Source of the DNA: Immundisolibacter sp.
GTDB taxonomy: Bacteria > Pseudomonadota > Gammaproteobacteria > Immundisolibacterales > Immundisolibacteraceae
Assembly (NCBI RefSeq): GCF_050250495.1
Contig: NZ_JBFWOM010000004.1
Location: 22,553 to 86,552, forward strand
Reading direction: 5' to 3'
DNA length: 64,000 nt
Shown: in pieces, positions 1 to 9,063 of the stretch
Layout: each line of letters begins with the position of its first letter
How positions within the stretch are numbered: the stretch's first letter is position 1
Position numbers and translations under genes: made by a program
Notes under the pieces: generated by a model
Seen by the model: only the letters and a program-made list of their open reading frames with translations
What the model was told of the DNA's origin: nothing
Databases searched by the model: none

Positions 1-250
1 TGACCACGTAGCGTTCGAGCGCGGTGCGGGCGTGGCCGCCATACTCGCGCGGCAGGGTCATGCCGAGCCAGCCGTTGGCGGCCAGGCGCCGGCTGAAATC
101 GGGATCGAAACCACCAAGCCAGGCGTCGCAGTGCGGCGTGAAGCGGCCGGCGGCGAGTTCGTCCGCGATGAAGGCGCGCACCTTCGTGCGCAGCACCTCA
201 CATTCCGACGGCAACTGCGCCGGTTCGAGCTGGATGCCTGGAATCGACAA
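1..250 (-). CDS. Acyl-CoA dehydrogenase family protein, N-terminal part (runs off window start)
   Basis: Manual minus-strand translation from TTG at 250 (GGAGAAG RBS upstream): ...LRTKVRAFIADELAAG...FSRRLAANGWLGMTLPREYGGHARTALERYVV, the typical ACAD N-terminal GWLGxxxPxEYGG motif. Not in the ORF track. Confidence 0.85.
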   Translation of the reverse strand, partial: MSIPGIQLEPAQLPSECEVLRTKVRAFIADELAAGRFTPHCDAWLGGFDPDFSRRLAANGWLGMTLPREYGGHARTALERYVV

Positions 251-333
251 GAGCTTCTCCCCACAAGGCCCGGCCCGTGTAGACCGCGGCGAATCTGACT
301 GAACGCATGGTAAAGCACGGCACCTGTGCCGCG

Positions 334-600
334 TCAGCCGTGGCGCAGCTTCAGGATCAGGATCGCCCCTGCCAGCACCAGCGTCACGGCGTTCGCAGCG
401 ATCAACGGCAGGTCGCCCGTCAGCAGCCCGTAGACCAGCCACAGCGCGACGCCCGCCGTGAAGATCACGTACATGCGCAGCGAGATGCCGCGCGTGTCGC
501 GCGTGGCGAGCGTGTGCAGCACCTGCGGCAGGAAGGCGGCCGTGGTCAGCAGCGCCGCCAGCAGGCCGAGCGCGGTAATCATGGGCGGCACCGGGCGCAA
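334..600 (-). CDS. SemiSWEET / PQ-loop family transporter
   Basis: 88 aa with three hydrophobic helices, AFLPQV PQ motif and TRDTRGISLRMY...WLVYG signature. True start may be the Met of MITALG. Confidence 0.85.
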   Translation of the reverse strand: MRPVPPMITALGLLAALLTTAAFLPQVLHTLATRDTRGISLRMYVIFTAGVALWLVYGLLTGDLPLIAANAVTLVLAGAILILKLRHG

Positions 601-668
601 GCGTTGTTCGTTATCATCGGCGTTTCTCGCCTTCCGTTCGGGAAGGCGGTCCCCACGGAGGAGTCAGC

Positions 669-1580
669 ATGGCGAAGGTAACGGAATTCGGCTACTTGGG
701 CATTGGCGTCAAGGACGGCGACGCCTGGCGCGAATTCGCGAGCCAGGTGGTCGGCATGGAAGTGCTGGACGAAGGCGACGGTGATCGCTTCTACCTGCGC
801 ATGGACAACCAGCACCACCGCATCGTGGTGAACCTGCACGGCAACGACGACATGGATTTCATCGGCTGGCGCGTGGCCGGTCCCGAGGAATTCGACGAGA
901 TGAAGCGTCAGCTCGACGCCGCCGGCGTCGACTGGAAGCAGGCGGACGGCGAGGAGCGCAAGGAGCGCATGGTGCTCGACCTGCTGAAGTTCAACGACCC
1001 GGGCGGCAACCCGACCGAGATCTACCACGGCCCGCGCGTGGAAACCTTCCTGCCGTTCCATCCCGGTCGGCGCATGTACGGCCGTTTCCTGACCGGCGCC
1101 GGCGGCGTGGGTCACTGCATCCTGCGTCAGGACGACGTGCAGAAGGCGTACCGCTTCTACACCGACGTGCTCGGCATGCGCGGTTCGGTGGAGTACAACC
1201 TGCCGATCCCGGGCACGCCCATCATCGCCTCGCCGGTGTTCATGCACTGCAACGAGCGCGACCACTCGGTGGCGTTCCTGGGCGCGCCGATGGAAAAGCG
1301 CATCAACCACCTGATGATCGAGGTGGAGAACATGGATGACGTCGGCTACACGCTCGACATCGTGCGCAAGCGCAAGATTCCGGTCGCCATCCAGCCCGGC
1401 AAACACAGCAACGACCAGATGTGGTCCTTCTACATGGGCAACCCGTCCGGCTGGCTGTGGGAGTACGGCTGGGGCGCGCGCAAGTCGACCCACCAGTCCG
1501 AATACTACGTGGCCGACGTGTGGGGCCACGGCGTCGAGGCCACCGGCTTTGGCATGGACCTGGAGATGCAGGCCGGCTGA
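669..1580 (+). CDS. nahC: Type I extradiol ring-cleavage dioxygenase, 1,2-dihydroxynaphthalene dioxygenase (NahC/BphC) family
   Basis: GYLGIGVKD, DRFYLRMD-HHRIVV, DPGGNPTEI, PFHPGR, GHCILRQ, FMHCNERDHS, NHLMIE, FYMGNPSGW.EYGW, EYYVADVWGHGVEATG closely follow NahC. Fe-binding His/His/Glu are present. GGAGG RBS. Confidence 0.85.
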   Translation: MAKVTEFGYLGIGVKDGDAWREFASQVVGMEVLDEGDGDRFYLRMDNQHHRIVVNLHGNDDMDFIGWRVAGPEEFDEMKRQLDAAGVDWKQADGEERKERMVLDLLKFNDPGGNPTEIYHGPRVETFLPFHPGRRMYGRFLTGAGGVGHCILRQDDVQKAYRFYTDVLGMRGSVEYNLPIPGTPIIASPVFMHCNERDHSVAFLGAPMEKRINHLMIEVENMDDVGYTLDIVRKRKIPVAIQPGKHSNDQMWSFYMGNPSGWLWEYGWGARKSTHQSEYYVADVWGHGVEATGFGMDLEMQAG

Positions 1581-1620
1581 CCTACCGTCACGGCGACGCA
1601 GTCGCCGGGTGGTATATGTG

Positions 1621-1651
1621 CAAACGCCCCGCTAGTCGGGGCGTTTGTTTT
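1621..1651 (+). terminator. Rho-independent terminator after the dioxygenase
   Basis: CAAACGCCCCG-ctagt-CGGGGCGTTTG, an 11-bp stem followed by TTTT. Confidence 0.8.
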
Positions 1652-1663
1652 GGGGGATGGTGA

Positions 1664-2020
1664 ATGGGCCTGGCGAGGATTGCGCGCGCGACGGGGTACT
1701 CCTTCAAGGGCCTCCGGGCCGCCTTCGCGAACGAGGAAGCATTCCGACAAGAGGTGTTGATCGTCGTGATCCTGAGCCCGCTCGCGCTGTGGCTCGGCCG
1801 CACGGCGGTCGAGCGCGCGCTGCTCATCGGCAGCCTGCTGCTGCTGTTGATCGTGGAGCTGCTGAACTCCGCCGTCGAGGCGGCCATCGACCGAATTGGT
1901 CTGGAGCGGCACGAACTGTCGGGTCGCGCCAAGGACCTGGGCTCGGCGGCGGTGTTCGTGGCGCTGGTGCTCACCGGGACGGTGTGGTTGTTCATCGCCG
2001 CTGCCCACTGGTTTGCGTGA
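1664..2020 (+). CDS. dgkA: Prokaryotic diacylglycerol kinase
   Basis: RIARATGYSFKGLRAAFANEEAFRQE...VELLNSAVEAAIDRIG.E.HELSGRAKDLGSAAV is the canonical DgkA pattern. Confidence 0.95.
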   Translation: MGLARIARATGYSFKGLRAAFANEEAFRQEVLIVVILSPLALWLGRTAVERALLIGSLLLLLIVELLNSAVEAAIDRIGLERHELSGRAKDLGSAAVFVALVLTGTVWLFIAAAHWFA

Positions 2021-2134
2021 TATGGCGCAAAGGGACGATTTCGCACACGGCGCGTCGACTTGTGCCTACCATTCGCTAGCGATCATCGGCCAAGCCGGTC
2101 CAGACGACGGGCCTGGGCCAGAACGGGAGACGGC

Positions 2135-3022
2135 ATGACGACGGGATACGTGGGACTCGGCAGCATGGGCCTGCCGATGGCGCTCAACCTTCGGAAAGCC
2201 GGTTTCGACCTCGGCGTGGTCAGCCGCAGCCGTGGCCCGGTCGAACAGGCGCTGGCGGCCGGCGCCCACGAGGCGAGCAGCTATGCGGGGCTGGCCGCGG
2301 CGAGTGACGTGGTGTGCACGTGTCTGCCCATGCCGGCCGACGTCGAGCGCGTGTACCTGGAAGCCGACGGCCTGGTTGCTCATGCCCGACCGGGCACGAT
2401 CCTGATCGACCACAGCACCGTTGGCCCGGACACCTGCCGCAGGATCGACGCCGCCGCCCGGGCGCGCGGGGTGGATTTTCTGGACGCGCCGGTGTCGGGC
2501 GGCCCGGCCGGGGCGCAGGCCGGCACGCTCGGCATCATGGTCGGCGGCGAGCGGGACGTGTTCGAGCGCGCCCGCCCGGTGCTGGACGCCATGGGCAAGA
2601 CGGTGGTCTACATGGGCGCCACCGGCAGCGGCGCGGTGGCCAAGCTGATCAACAACCTGCTGGTCGGCGTGCACCAGCGCGCGCTGATCGAGATGCTGCT
2701 GGTCGGCCAGAAGGCGGGCGTGGATCTCGACGCGCTCTACCAGGTGCTGATGGGCAGCAGCGGGCGCAGCGCGATCCTCGAAATGATGTACCCGCGCCTG
2801 AAGGCCCGCGACATGGCGCCGCGATTTCGCACCGAACTTCTGCACAAGGACCTGCGACTGGCGCTCGAAACCGCCGCCGAGTGCGGCGTGCACAGCGCCA
2901 CCGGCGAGACGGCGCTCGCTGCCATCGAGGCCGCCATGAATGCCGGGCACGCGCGCGCCGACACGCTCGCCATGCTGCTGCCGCTGGAGCAGCAGGCGCA
3001 GATGCGGCTGTTCGACGCCTAG
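2135..3022 (+). CDS. NAD(P)-dependent beta-hydroxyacid dehydrogenase (3-hydroxyisobutyrate dehydrogenase family)
   Basis: GYVGLGSMG Rossmann motif, DAPVSGG, AKLINN catalytic Lys motif, KDL near the C-terminus. Confidence 0.9.
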   Translation: MTTGYVGLGSMGLPMALNLRKAGFDLGVVSRSRGPVEQALAAGAHEASSYAGLAAASDVVCTCLPMPADVERVYLEADGLVAHARPGTILIDHSTVGPDTCRRIDAAARARGVDFLDAPVSGGPAGAQAGTLGIMVGGERDVFERARPVLDAMGKTVVYMGATGSGAVAKLINNLLVGVHQRALIEMLLVGQKAGVDLDALYQVLMGSSGRSAILEMMYPRLKARDMAPRFRTELLHKDLRLALETAAECGVHSATGETALAAIEAAMNAGHARADTLAMLLPLEQQAQMRLFDA

Positions 3023-3050
3023 CGGTTCCCGGCGCGTCCCGCGATTGCGG

Positions 3051-4619
3051 CTAGCCGCTCGCCAGCTGCCGCAGCGCGCGCCGGTTGGTCTTGCCGCTGT
3101 TGCCGCGCGGCAGCTCGTCCAGGAACTGATACGCCCGCGGGCGCTGATAGCCCGGCAGGTCGGACGCGGCCACGTGCGCGTCGAGTGCCGCGGCGTCGAG
3201 CGCCGGGTGCTTCCGCACCACAAACGCCACAATGCGCTGCCCCCATTCCGGGTCCGGCAGGCCGACCACGGCGGCTTCCGCCACGTCCGGGTGCGCCAGC
3301 AGCGCGTTCTCGACCGGCCCCGGCATGACGTTGATGCCGCCGGAGATGATCATGTCGTCCACCCGGCCGCGGACGTAGAGATACCCGTCGGCGTCGAAGC
3401 TGCCAAGGTCACCGGAGCGCCACCACGGGCCGTGGAATTTCTCGCGCGACAGCGGCGGGTCGCACCAGAATTCCTGTGCGACCGATGGCCCGGCGATGAG
3501 GATTTCGCCTTCCTCGCCGGGCGGCAGCTCGTCGTCGGGGCTGCCGCCGACCGCCACCACGCGCACCTCGGAATTCAGCAGCGGCCTGCCGACGCTCTCG
3601 ATCTTGGCGGCATTCTGCAGGTCTTCCGGGAACATGGCCGTGCCGCCGGACACTGCCGTCTCGGTGGTCGAGTAGCAGTTGATCACGCGCGGGGAAATAC
3701 GCTTGCGGATAGCTTCGAGCGTCGGCAGGTCCATCACCTCGCCGGCGAAGCCCACCTGGCGTAGCGACGACAGGTCGTAGCTCTCCACGTCCTCGCGAAG
3801 CAGCAACCGCCACATGGTCGGCACCAGCAGCAGGTTGGTGAGGCGCTCCTCGGCGATGCTGCGCAGCACGCGCTTCGGGTTCCAGTGGTCGTGGAACACC
3901 TGCCGGGCGCCGATGTTGAAGTACGGCAGCGCCAGGTTCGACCAGCCCATGAAGGACGTGGTGAACATGTTGAGCGTGCTGCTGTGCGGCGTCAGCCCAA
4001 ACGGGTACACCGCGGCGCGGCAGCTTTCCACGAGCTTCGCGTGCGTGTGCAGCACGCCCTTCGGGATGCCGGTGGTGCCGGACGTGAGCACGATGGCGGC
4101 CAGATCGTGCCCCGCCAGCGCCATCGGCTCGAAGTCGAGCGGGTAGCGGTCGAGGTCGTCCGGGATCACCGGCTCGTTGCCCTCACGCACGAGCGGCGGC
4201 GGCGTGGCCTCGCTTCGCGCGCGCACGTAGCCGGTGATCAACGGCACCTCGGCGCGAATCTGCGCCACCTGCTCGGCGAACACGCCGTCGTAGATCAGCG
4301 CCCGCGGCGAGATGCGCTCCAGGGTCTTGACCAGAATCGGCAGCTTCTCGCGCACGTGCAGCGCCACCGGCACGGCGCCGAGCTCCCAGCAGCCGTAGAG
4401 CGCGATCGGGTGGATCGTCGACGGCAGCATCATCAGCGCCACCCGGTCGCCCTTGCGCACGCCCTGGCGGTACAGCAGCGACGCCGTCTGCTGCACACGC
4501 TCCAGCATCTGCCGGTAGGTGTAGCGGTGCTGGCTGTCGATCAGCGCTTCGTTGTCGGCGTGGTGGCGGGCGGTGCGGTGCAGCGCCTGGCGCAGGTTCG
4601 GGCCGCGGGACTCGGGCAT
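3051..4619 (-). CDS. Class I adenylate-forming enzyme (acyl/aryl-CoA ligase)
   Basis: LTSGTTGIPKG AMP-binding motif, YSTTE, WWRSGDLG, GRVDDMIISGG, SGK. Confidence 0.9.
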   Translation of the reverse strand: MPESRGPNLRQALHRTARHHADNEALIDSQHRYTYRQMLERVQQTASLLYRQGVRKGDRVALMMLPSTIHPIALYGCWELGAVPVALHVREKLPILVKTLERISPRALIYDGVFAEQVAQIRAEVPLITGYVRARSEATPPPLVREGNEPVIPDDLDRYPLDFEPMALAGHDLAAIVLTSGTTGIPKGVLHTHAKLVESCRAAVYPFGLTPHSSTLNMFTTSFMGWSNLALPYFNIGARQVFHDHWNPKRVLRSIAEERLTNLLLVPTMWRLLLREDVESYDLSSLRQVGFAGEVMDLPTLEAIRKRISPRVINCYSTTETAVSGGTAMFPEDLQNAAKIESVGRPLLNSEVRVVAVGGSPDDELPPGEEGEILIAGPSVAQEFWCDPPLSREKFHGPWWRSGDLGSFDADGYLYVRGRVDDMIISGGINVMPGPVENALLAHPDVAEAAVVGLPDPEWGQRIVAFVVRKHPALDAAALDAHVAASDLPGYQRPRAYQFLDELPRGNSGKTNRRALRQLASG

Positions 4620-4791
4620 GGAGGGTTCTCCTCGCAGGGCCGGGTTCGATCCGGCTCGGTGTTTGTGTAGGGGGAGTCATCCATGACGGGGCGCAGGTCC
4701 GTGCATGGACCGTAGCCAAGGATAGCCGTAGCCACAACTCTCGCACGAACTGCCCGCCCCGCGGCGGACAGAGGCAGTCCGACGATGCGCC

Positions 4792-5814
4792 TTATCCGCT
4801 GAGGCCGAACGCCTCGGCGATGAGCTGGTACGACCGCTCGCGGTCCGCGTAGTGGTAGGTCACGGTGACGATGCTGACCTCGTCCACGCCGTATTCCGCG
4901 ACCTGCGCCTCGATCTGCTGACGGCAGTCGTCCGGCGTGCCGATGATGGAGTGATCCAGCACCTGCTGGTACTGGGCGCGCTCGCCGGCGCTCATGCCGG
5001 CCAGCAGGCGATCCACCTCGTCCAGGCTCGGCAGGTCGATGATGCGTCCGCGGGCCAGCGCCTGGTGTATCCACATGCTGCGCGTGCCGGCGATGCGGTA
5101 CGCCTCCTCGCGCGTGGGGGCGCACACGGCGGCCACGGCGATCATGGCGCGCGGCTCACGCAGGCTCTTGGACGGCTGAAACGCCCGCCGGTAGGCCTCG
5201 ACGATGGCCGGCGAGCGCGCGTGGGTGCCGATGAACAGCGCCAGCACGAAGCCACTGCCGAGCTGGCCCGCAACCTCCGCGCTGCCGCCGCTCGAACCCA
5301 GCATCCAGAACTGCGGCACGCCGCCGTCTTCCGGCACCAGCCGGATGCCGTGGAACGGGTGCTGATCGGGCAGGTCGTTGTTCAGATACCCCATCAGGTC
5401 GAACACCTGGCGCGGGTACAGATCCGGGTTGATCGGCTGGCGCGGATAGGCCAGCGCGGCGGTTGCCATGCCGTCGCCGCCCGGCGCCCGGCCGAGGCCA
5501 AGATCAATGCGGCCGGGATAGAGCACCTCCAACATGCGGAAGGTCTCGGCCACCTTGTACGGCGGGTAGTGCGGCAGCATCACGCCGCCGCTGCCGACGC
5601 GGATGCGCCGCGTGTGGGCGGCGATGTGGCCGATCAGGATTTCCGGGCACGGGCCGGCGTAGCCCGGCGTGTTGTGGTGCTCGGCGAGCCAGTAACGGTG
5701 GTAGCCGAAGCGCTCGCAGGCCTGCGCCAGACGCAGGCTGTCGTGCGGGCCGCGCGACGGGCGGCCGCCGTCGTGGATGGGGGACTGGTCGGTGACGCTG
5801 AGTTTGAGGGTCAT
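4792..5814 (-). CDS. Luciferase-like (LLM) flavin-dependent oxidoreductase
   Basis: Start at MTLKLSVTDQSP. YWLAEHHN, RIRVGSGGVMLPHY, PGRIDLGLGRAPG. Confidence 0.9.
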   Translation of the reverse strand: MTLKLSVTDQSPIHDGGRPSRGPHDSLRLAQACERFGYHRYWLAEHHNTPGYAGPCPEILIGHIAAHTRRIRVGSGGVMLPHYPPYKVAETFRMLEVLYPGRIDLGLGRAPGGDGMATAALAYPRQPINPDLYPRQVFDLMGYLNNDLPDQHPFHGIRLVPEDGGVPQFWMLGSSGGSAEVAGQLGSGFVLALFIGTHARSPAIVEAYRRAFQPSKSLREPRAMIAVAAVCAPTREEAYRIAGTRSMWIHQALARGRIIDLPSLDEVDRLLAGMSAGERAQYQQVLDHSIIGTPDDCRQQIEAQVAEYGVDEVSIVTVTYHYADRERSYQLIAEAFGLSG

Positions 5815-5868
5815 GAGGGTGCTTCGTGCTTGAATGGCGGCCATTTTAACGCCCGCCCCTCCCGCCCC

Positions 5869-6309
5869 ATGCCGCCGTACACCGTCACGCAAGTCCGCTG
5901 GCCGCAGCACGCGGCAGCGCTGCTCGCCATCCGTCGCGCCGTGTTCGTGGACGAACAGGGCGTGCCGGAGGCGCTGGAAGTGGACGGCCGCGACGACGGC
6001 GCCTGGCATCTGCTGGCGCGGGATGCGGCCGGACTGCCGGTGGGCTGCGCGCGGGTGCTGGCGGACGCGCACATCGGGCGGCTCGCGGTGCTGCGGTCGG
6101 TGCGCGGGCAGGGTGTGGGCCGGGCGTTGCTGGATGCGGCGGTGGTGCTCGGCCGGCGCCTCGGCATGGGCGACCTGCACCTGCACGCGCAGGTGCGGGC
6201 GCGCGGGTTTTACGAGGCGGCCGGCTTCATCGCCGAGGGCGACGAGTTTCCCGAAGCCGGCATTGCGCATGTGGCGATGCGGTTACCAGCTGGTGCGACG
6301 GCGGACTGA
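5869..6309 (+). CDS. GNAT family N-acetyltransferase (YjcF/ElaA-like)
   Basis: IRRAVFVDEQGVP, IGRLAVL..VRGQGVG acetyl-CoA motif, LHAQ..A.GFYE..GF...G..F.EAGI.H. Confidence 0.9.
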   Translation: MPPYTVTQVRWPQHAAALLAIRRAVFVDEQGVPEALEVDGRDDGAWHLLARDAAGLPVGCARVLADAHIGRLAVLRSVRGQGVGRALLDAAVVLGRRLGMGDLHLHAQVRARGFYEAAGFIAEGDEFPEAGIAHVAMRLPAGATAD

Positions 6310-6315
6310 GCATCG

Positions 6316-6391
6316 TTCGGCCCGACGGCGGGCCTCCCACAAGGAAAGCAACCCCTGTGGGCGACTGTGGGAGCGGCGCCCTCGCCGCGAA
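6316..6391. repeat. REP-like palindrome pair (GTGG-tagged types A and B)
   Basis: 6316-6340 is the reverse complement of GTGGGAGGCCCGCCGTCGGGCCGAA; 6367-6391 is GTGGGAGCGGCGCCCTCGCCGCGAA. The same units recur at 19961-20034 and 46070-46191. Confidence 0.8.
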
Positions 6392-6444
6392 CGGGTCTTG
6401 CGAGGCCCCACGGCAGACACCGGTTTGAGGCAGGGATGCCGAGA

Positions 6445-6539
6445 CGCGGACGAGGGTTGAGTCCCTCGTCCGCGGAGCCTGTCGCGGACCCGTACCGCGA
6501 CAGGCGAGCTGAAAAATTCCACGGAAGGAATTTTTCAGC
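6445..6539. other. Three consecutive perfect hairpins in a convergent intergenic region
   Basis: Stems of 12 bp (6445-6474), 11 bp (6477-6505) and 13 bp (6508-6539), read directly from the sequence. Confidence 0.7.
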
Positions 6540-6545
6540 GTCAAC

Positions 6546-8024
6546 TCAAGCCTTTCGCAGCACTTCCTTGTTGATCTTGCCGGTGCGCGAGCGCGGCAGG
6601 TCCTCGGCGCGGATGTCCACCTGGCGCGGCACCTTGTAGTCCGCCAGCAGCGTCCGGCAATGCTCGATGACGTCGGCCGCGGTCAGCGCCGCGCCGGCCT
6701 TGGGCACCACCACCGCCTTCACCGCCTCACCCTTGAGGCCACCGGCGACGCCGATCACGGCCACCTCGGCCACGGCCGGGTGCTTGTAGATGGCGTCCTC
6801 CACTTCCGGCGCGTACACCTTGAGGCCGGCCACGTTGATGACGTCCTTCTTGCGGCCCTGGATCCACAGGTAGCCGTCGGCGTCGAATAGGCCGATGTCG
6901 CCGGTGCGGAACCAGCCGTCCGGCATCATTTCGGCGGTGAGTTCCGGGCGACGCCAGTAGCCCTGCATCAGGCTCGGGCCCGACAACCACACCTCGCCGC
7001 TGTCGCCGGCCGGCACGTCCTGCCCCTCGTCGTCCACGATGCGCACGCCGGCGTACGGCAGCCGATGGCCAACGGCGCCGTACTTCTCGGGCGGGAACAC
7101 CGCCGGCCCCAGCACCACCAGCGGGCCGGTCTCGGTGAGCCCGTAACCCGACGCCAGGCCGATATGCGGCCAACGCGCGTGGAACTGGTGCAGCATCTCC
7201 GGCGAGGCCGTCATGCCGAAGGTCAACAGAGACCTGAACGTCGGCAGCCGATGTTCACCGCGGCTGTGCAGCAAAGCGTGCGCCATTGGCGGCACCATGT
7301 GCGCCAGCGTCATGCCGTGCCGCTCGGCGGCATCCAGGAAACGCGACGGCACGAAACGGTCGAACAAGACGAGCGTCATACCCGAGCGCATGGCCGTGCC
7401 GAGCAGCATGGGACCCGAGATGTGCGACATCGGCACCGCGAGCCCGTACACGTCACCCGGCGTGATCGACAGCGCGTCGATCATGGCGAACATCGAGTGC
7501 GTCAGCGCATCGTGGCTGAGCGCCACGCCCTTGGGGCCGCCGACGGTGCCGGACGTGTACAGCACCACCGCCGTGGCGGTCAGTGCGTCGAGCGCCTGCG
7601 GCGCGAGGAGCGCCGCCTGACCAGTCCGCTCCACCTCGGCCACCGTGTGCACGGGCAACGCATCACCCTTGATGGCGAGCGCCTCGCGGGCTGCCGGCAG
7701 GCTGTCGTTGGCCACCACCAGCAGGCGTGGCTGAAGGTCCGCCAGGATCTCGGCCAGCTCGTCGGCCTTGAGCACCGGGTCGAGCGGCACGAATACCGCG
7801 CCGAGCGCCACGGTCGCGTAATAGCCGTAGGCGAAGTCCGGGCCGTTCGGCAACAGCATGGCGATGCGCTCACCGGCCTTCACGCCCAGGCGCGCCAGGC
7901 CGTCCTGCCAGTGCCCGGCGCGCTGCGCCAGCCCGGCAAAGCCGATGCGCTCCTCGTTGAACAGCAGCGCCGTGCCGTCCGGCCAGCGGGCGGCGGCGTC
8001 GGTCAGTTCGTGGGCGATGTTCAT
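6546..8024 (-). CDS. Long-chain fatty acid--CoA ligase family
   Basis: Start at MNIAHELTD. YTSGTVGGPKG, GYGLTET, WFRTGDIG, GRKKDVINVAG, RTGKI. Confidence 0.9.
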   Translation of the reverse strand: MNIAHELTDAAARWPDGTALLFNEERIGFAGLAQRAGHWQDGLARLGVKAGERIAMLLPNGPDFAYGYYATVALGAVFVPLDPVLKADELAEILADLQPRLLVVANDSLPAAREALAIKGDALPVHTVAEVERTGQAALLAPQALDALTATAVVLYTSGTVGGPKGVALSHDALTHSMFAMIDALSITPGDVYGLAVPMSHISGPMLLGTAMRSGMTLVLFDRFVPSRFLDAAERHGMTLAHMVPPMAHALLHSRGEHRLPTFRSLLTFGMTASPEMLHQFHARWPHIGLASGYGLTETGPLVVLGPAVFPPEKYGAVGHRLPYAGVRIVDDEGQDVPAGDSGEVWLSGPSLMQGYWRRPELTAEMMPDGWFRTGDIGLFDADGYLWIQGRKKDVINVAGLKVYAPEVEDAIYKHPAVAEVAVIGVAGGLKGEAVKAVVVPKAGAALTAADVIEHCRTLLADYKVPRQVDIRAEDLPRSRTGKINKEVLRKA

Positions 8025-8935
8025 TGCCGTGCCTCCTTCCTCATCTCGCTGCGGCGCGGCCGCCAGCGGTTGTGGTTCCACATCCATTGCTCGGGGTACT
8101 GGCGCACCCAGGCGCCGAAAATGCGGTGCAGCTCGGCCGTGATGGTCCGCTCATCGGCCTTGCGGTCGCCGCTCGCGACGGCATCGAGTGCCGGCTCGAA
8201 CACCAGCCGATGCCCGCTGCCGACGCGCACCGCGTACGCCGGCACGATGGCCGCGCGCGTGCGCAGGTGCAGCGACGCGGTGCCCGTGGCGCACCAGGCC
8301 GGCTGGCCCAAGAAATCCACCTTCACGTCTGCCGAGCGCCGGTCGGCGACGATAAACAGGATGCCATTGCCGCGCAGCAGCTTCAGGCACGCGTGCGCGT
8401 GCTCGCGGCTGAGCGGCGTGTTGTAGAAGGTGACTCCCATGCGCGTCACCGCCCCGGCCTCCGCGGCGTTCGCCACCGGGTTGCTCGGCAGGCGCAGCAG
8501 CGAGCCGGTGCTGTGGCCGCGCTCGTTGAGATAGCGCGGCAGCAGCGTCCAGCCGCCGAGGTGCGCGGTGGCCAGCAGCACGCCCTTGCCGGCGGCGAGT
8601 GCGGCGTCGAGGTGCTCGATGCCCTCAACCTCGCACCAGTCGGCAACGGTCATGCCGTGCGCCTGCGGCAGCCAGAACAGCTCGCCGAAGCCCCGCGCCG
8701 AGTGCTCGAACACGCCGCGCACGATGGCCCGGCGCTGTTCGACGGACAGCGTGTCGCCATAGACCAGACGCAAATTGCGGCGCACCAGGCGCCGCCAGCC
8801 GCCGCCGAACGGCCGCATCACCGCGGCCATGACAAGACACCAGCGGCGCAGCGCCGCGGGCGTGGGCTGGATGGCGATCAGCCACACCAGCGACGAGAAC
8901 AGCAGCCGCTGCACGGCAAGCAAAAACGGATTCAA
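8021..8935 (-). CDS. Lysophospholipid / lipid A (LpxL/HtrB-like) acyltransferase family
   Basis: GKGVLLATAHLGGW, LFIVAD, VDFLGQPA...TGTASL, IVPAYAVR, VRQYPEQWMWNHNRW. Probable TTG start at 8935 (uncertain). The stop overlaps the ligase ATG (ATGA). Confidence 0.8.
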   Translation of the reverse strand: MNPFLLAVQRLLFSSLVWLIAIQPTPAALRRWCLVMAAVMRPFGGGWRRLVRRNLRLVYGDTLSVEQRRAIVRGVFEHSARGFGELFWLPQAHGMTVADWCEVEGIEHLDAALAAGKGVLLATAHLGGWTLLPRYLNERGHSTGSLLRLPSNPVANAAEAGAVTRMGVTFYNTPLSREHAHACLKLLRGNGILFIVADRRSADVKVDFLGQPAWCATGTASLHLRTRAAIVPAYAVRVGSGHRLVFEPALDAVASGDRKADERTITAELHRIFGAWVRQYPEQWMWNHNRWRPRRSEMRKEARQ

Positions 8936-9063
8936 TGGACGATGGCCCGGATTGGCACGGGGGCGCCCGACCGGGCCGGGCCGCGGGGGCGATTTCGGTG
9001 CAATGATACCGGTCGATGCCCGGCGCCAAGACCGGCACGCACTACACCAGCGAGGAGAACGCG

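Noticed and set aside
8951-8970. TTGGCACG upstream of the acyltransferase/lactonase divergence as a sigma54 site
   Set aside because: There is no GC at the -12 position (GG-N10-GC spacing fails).
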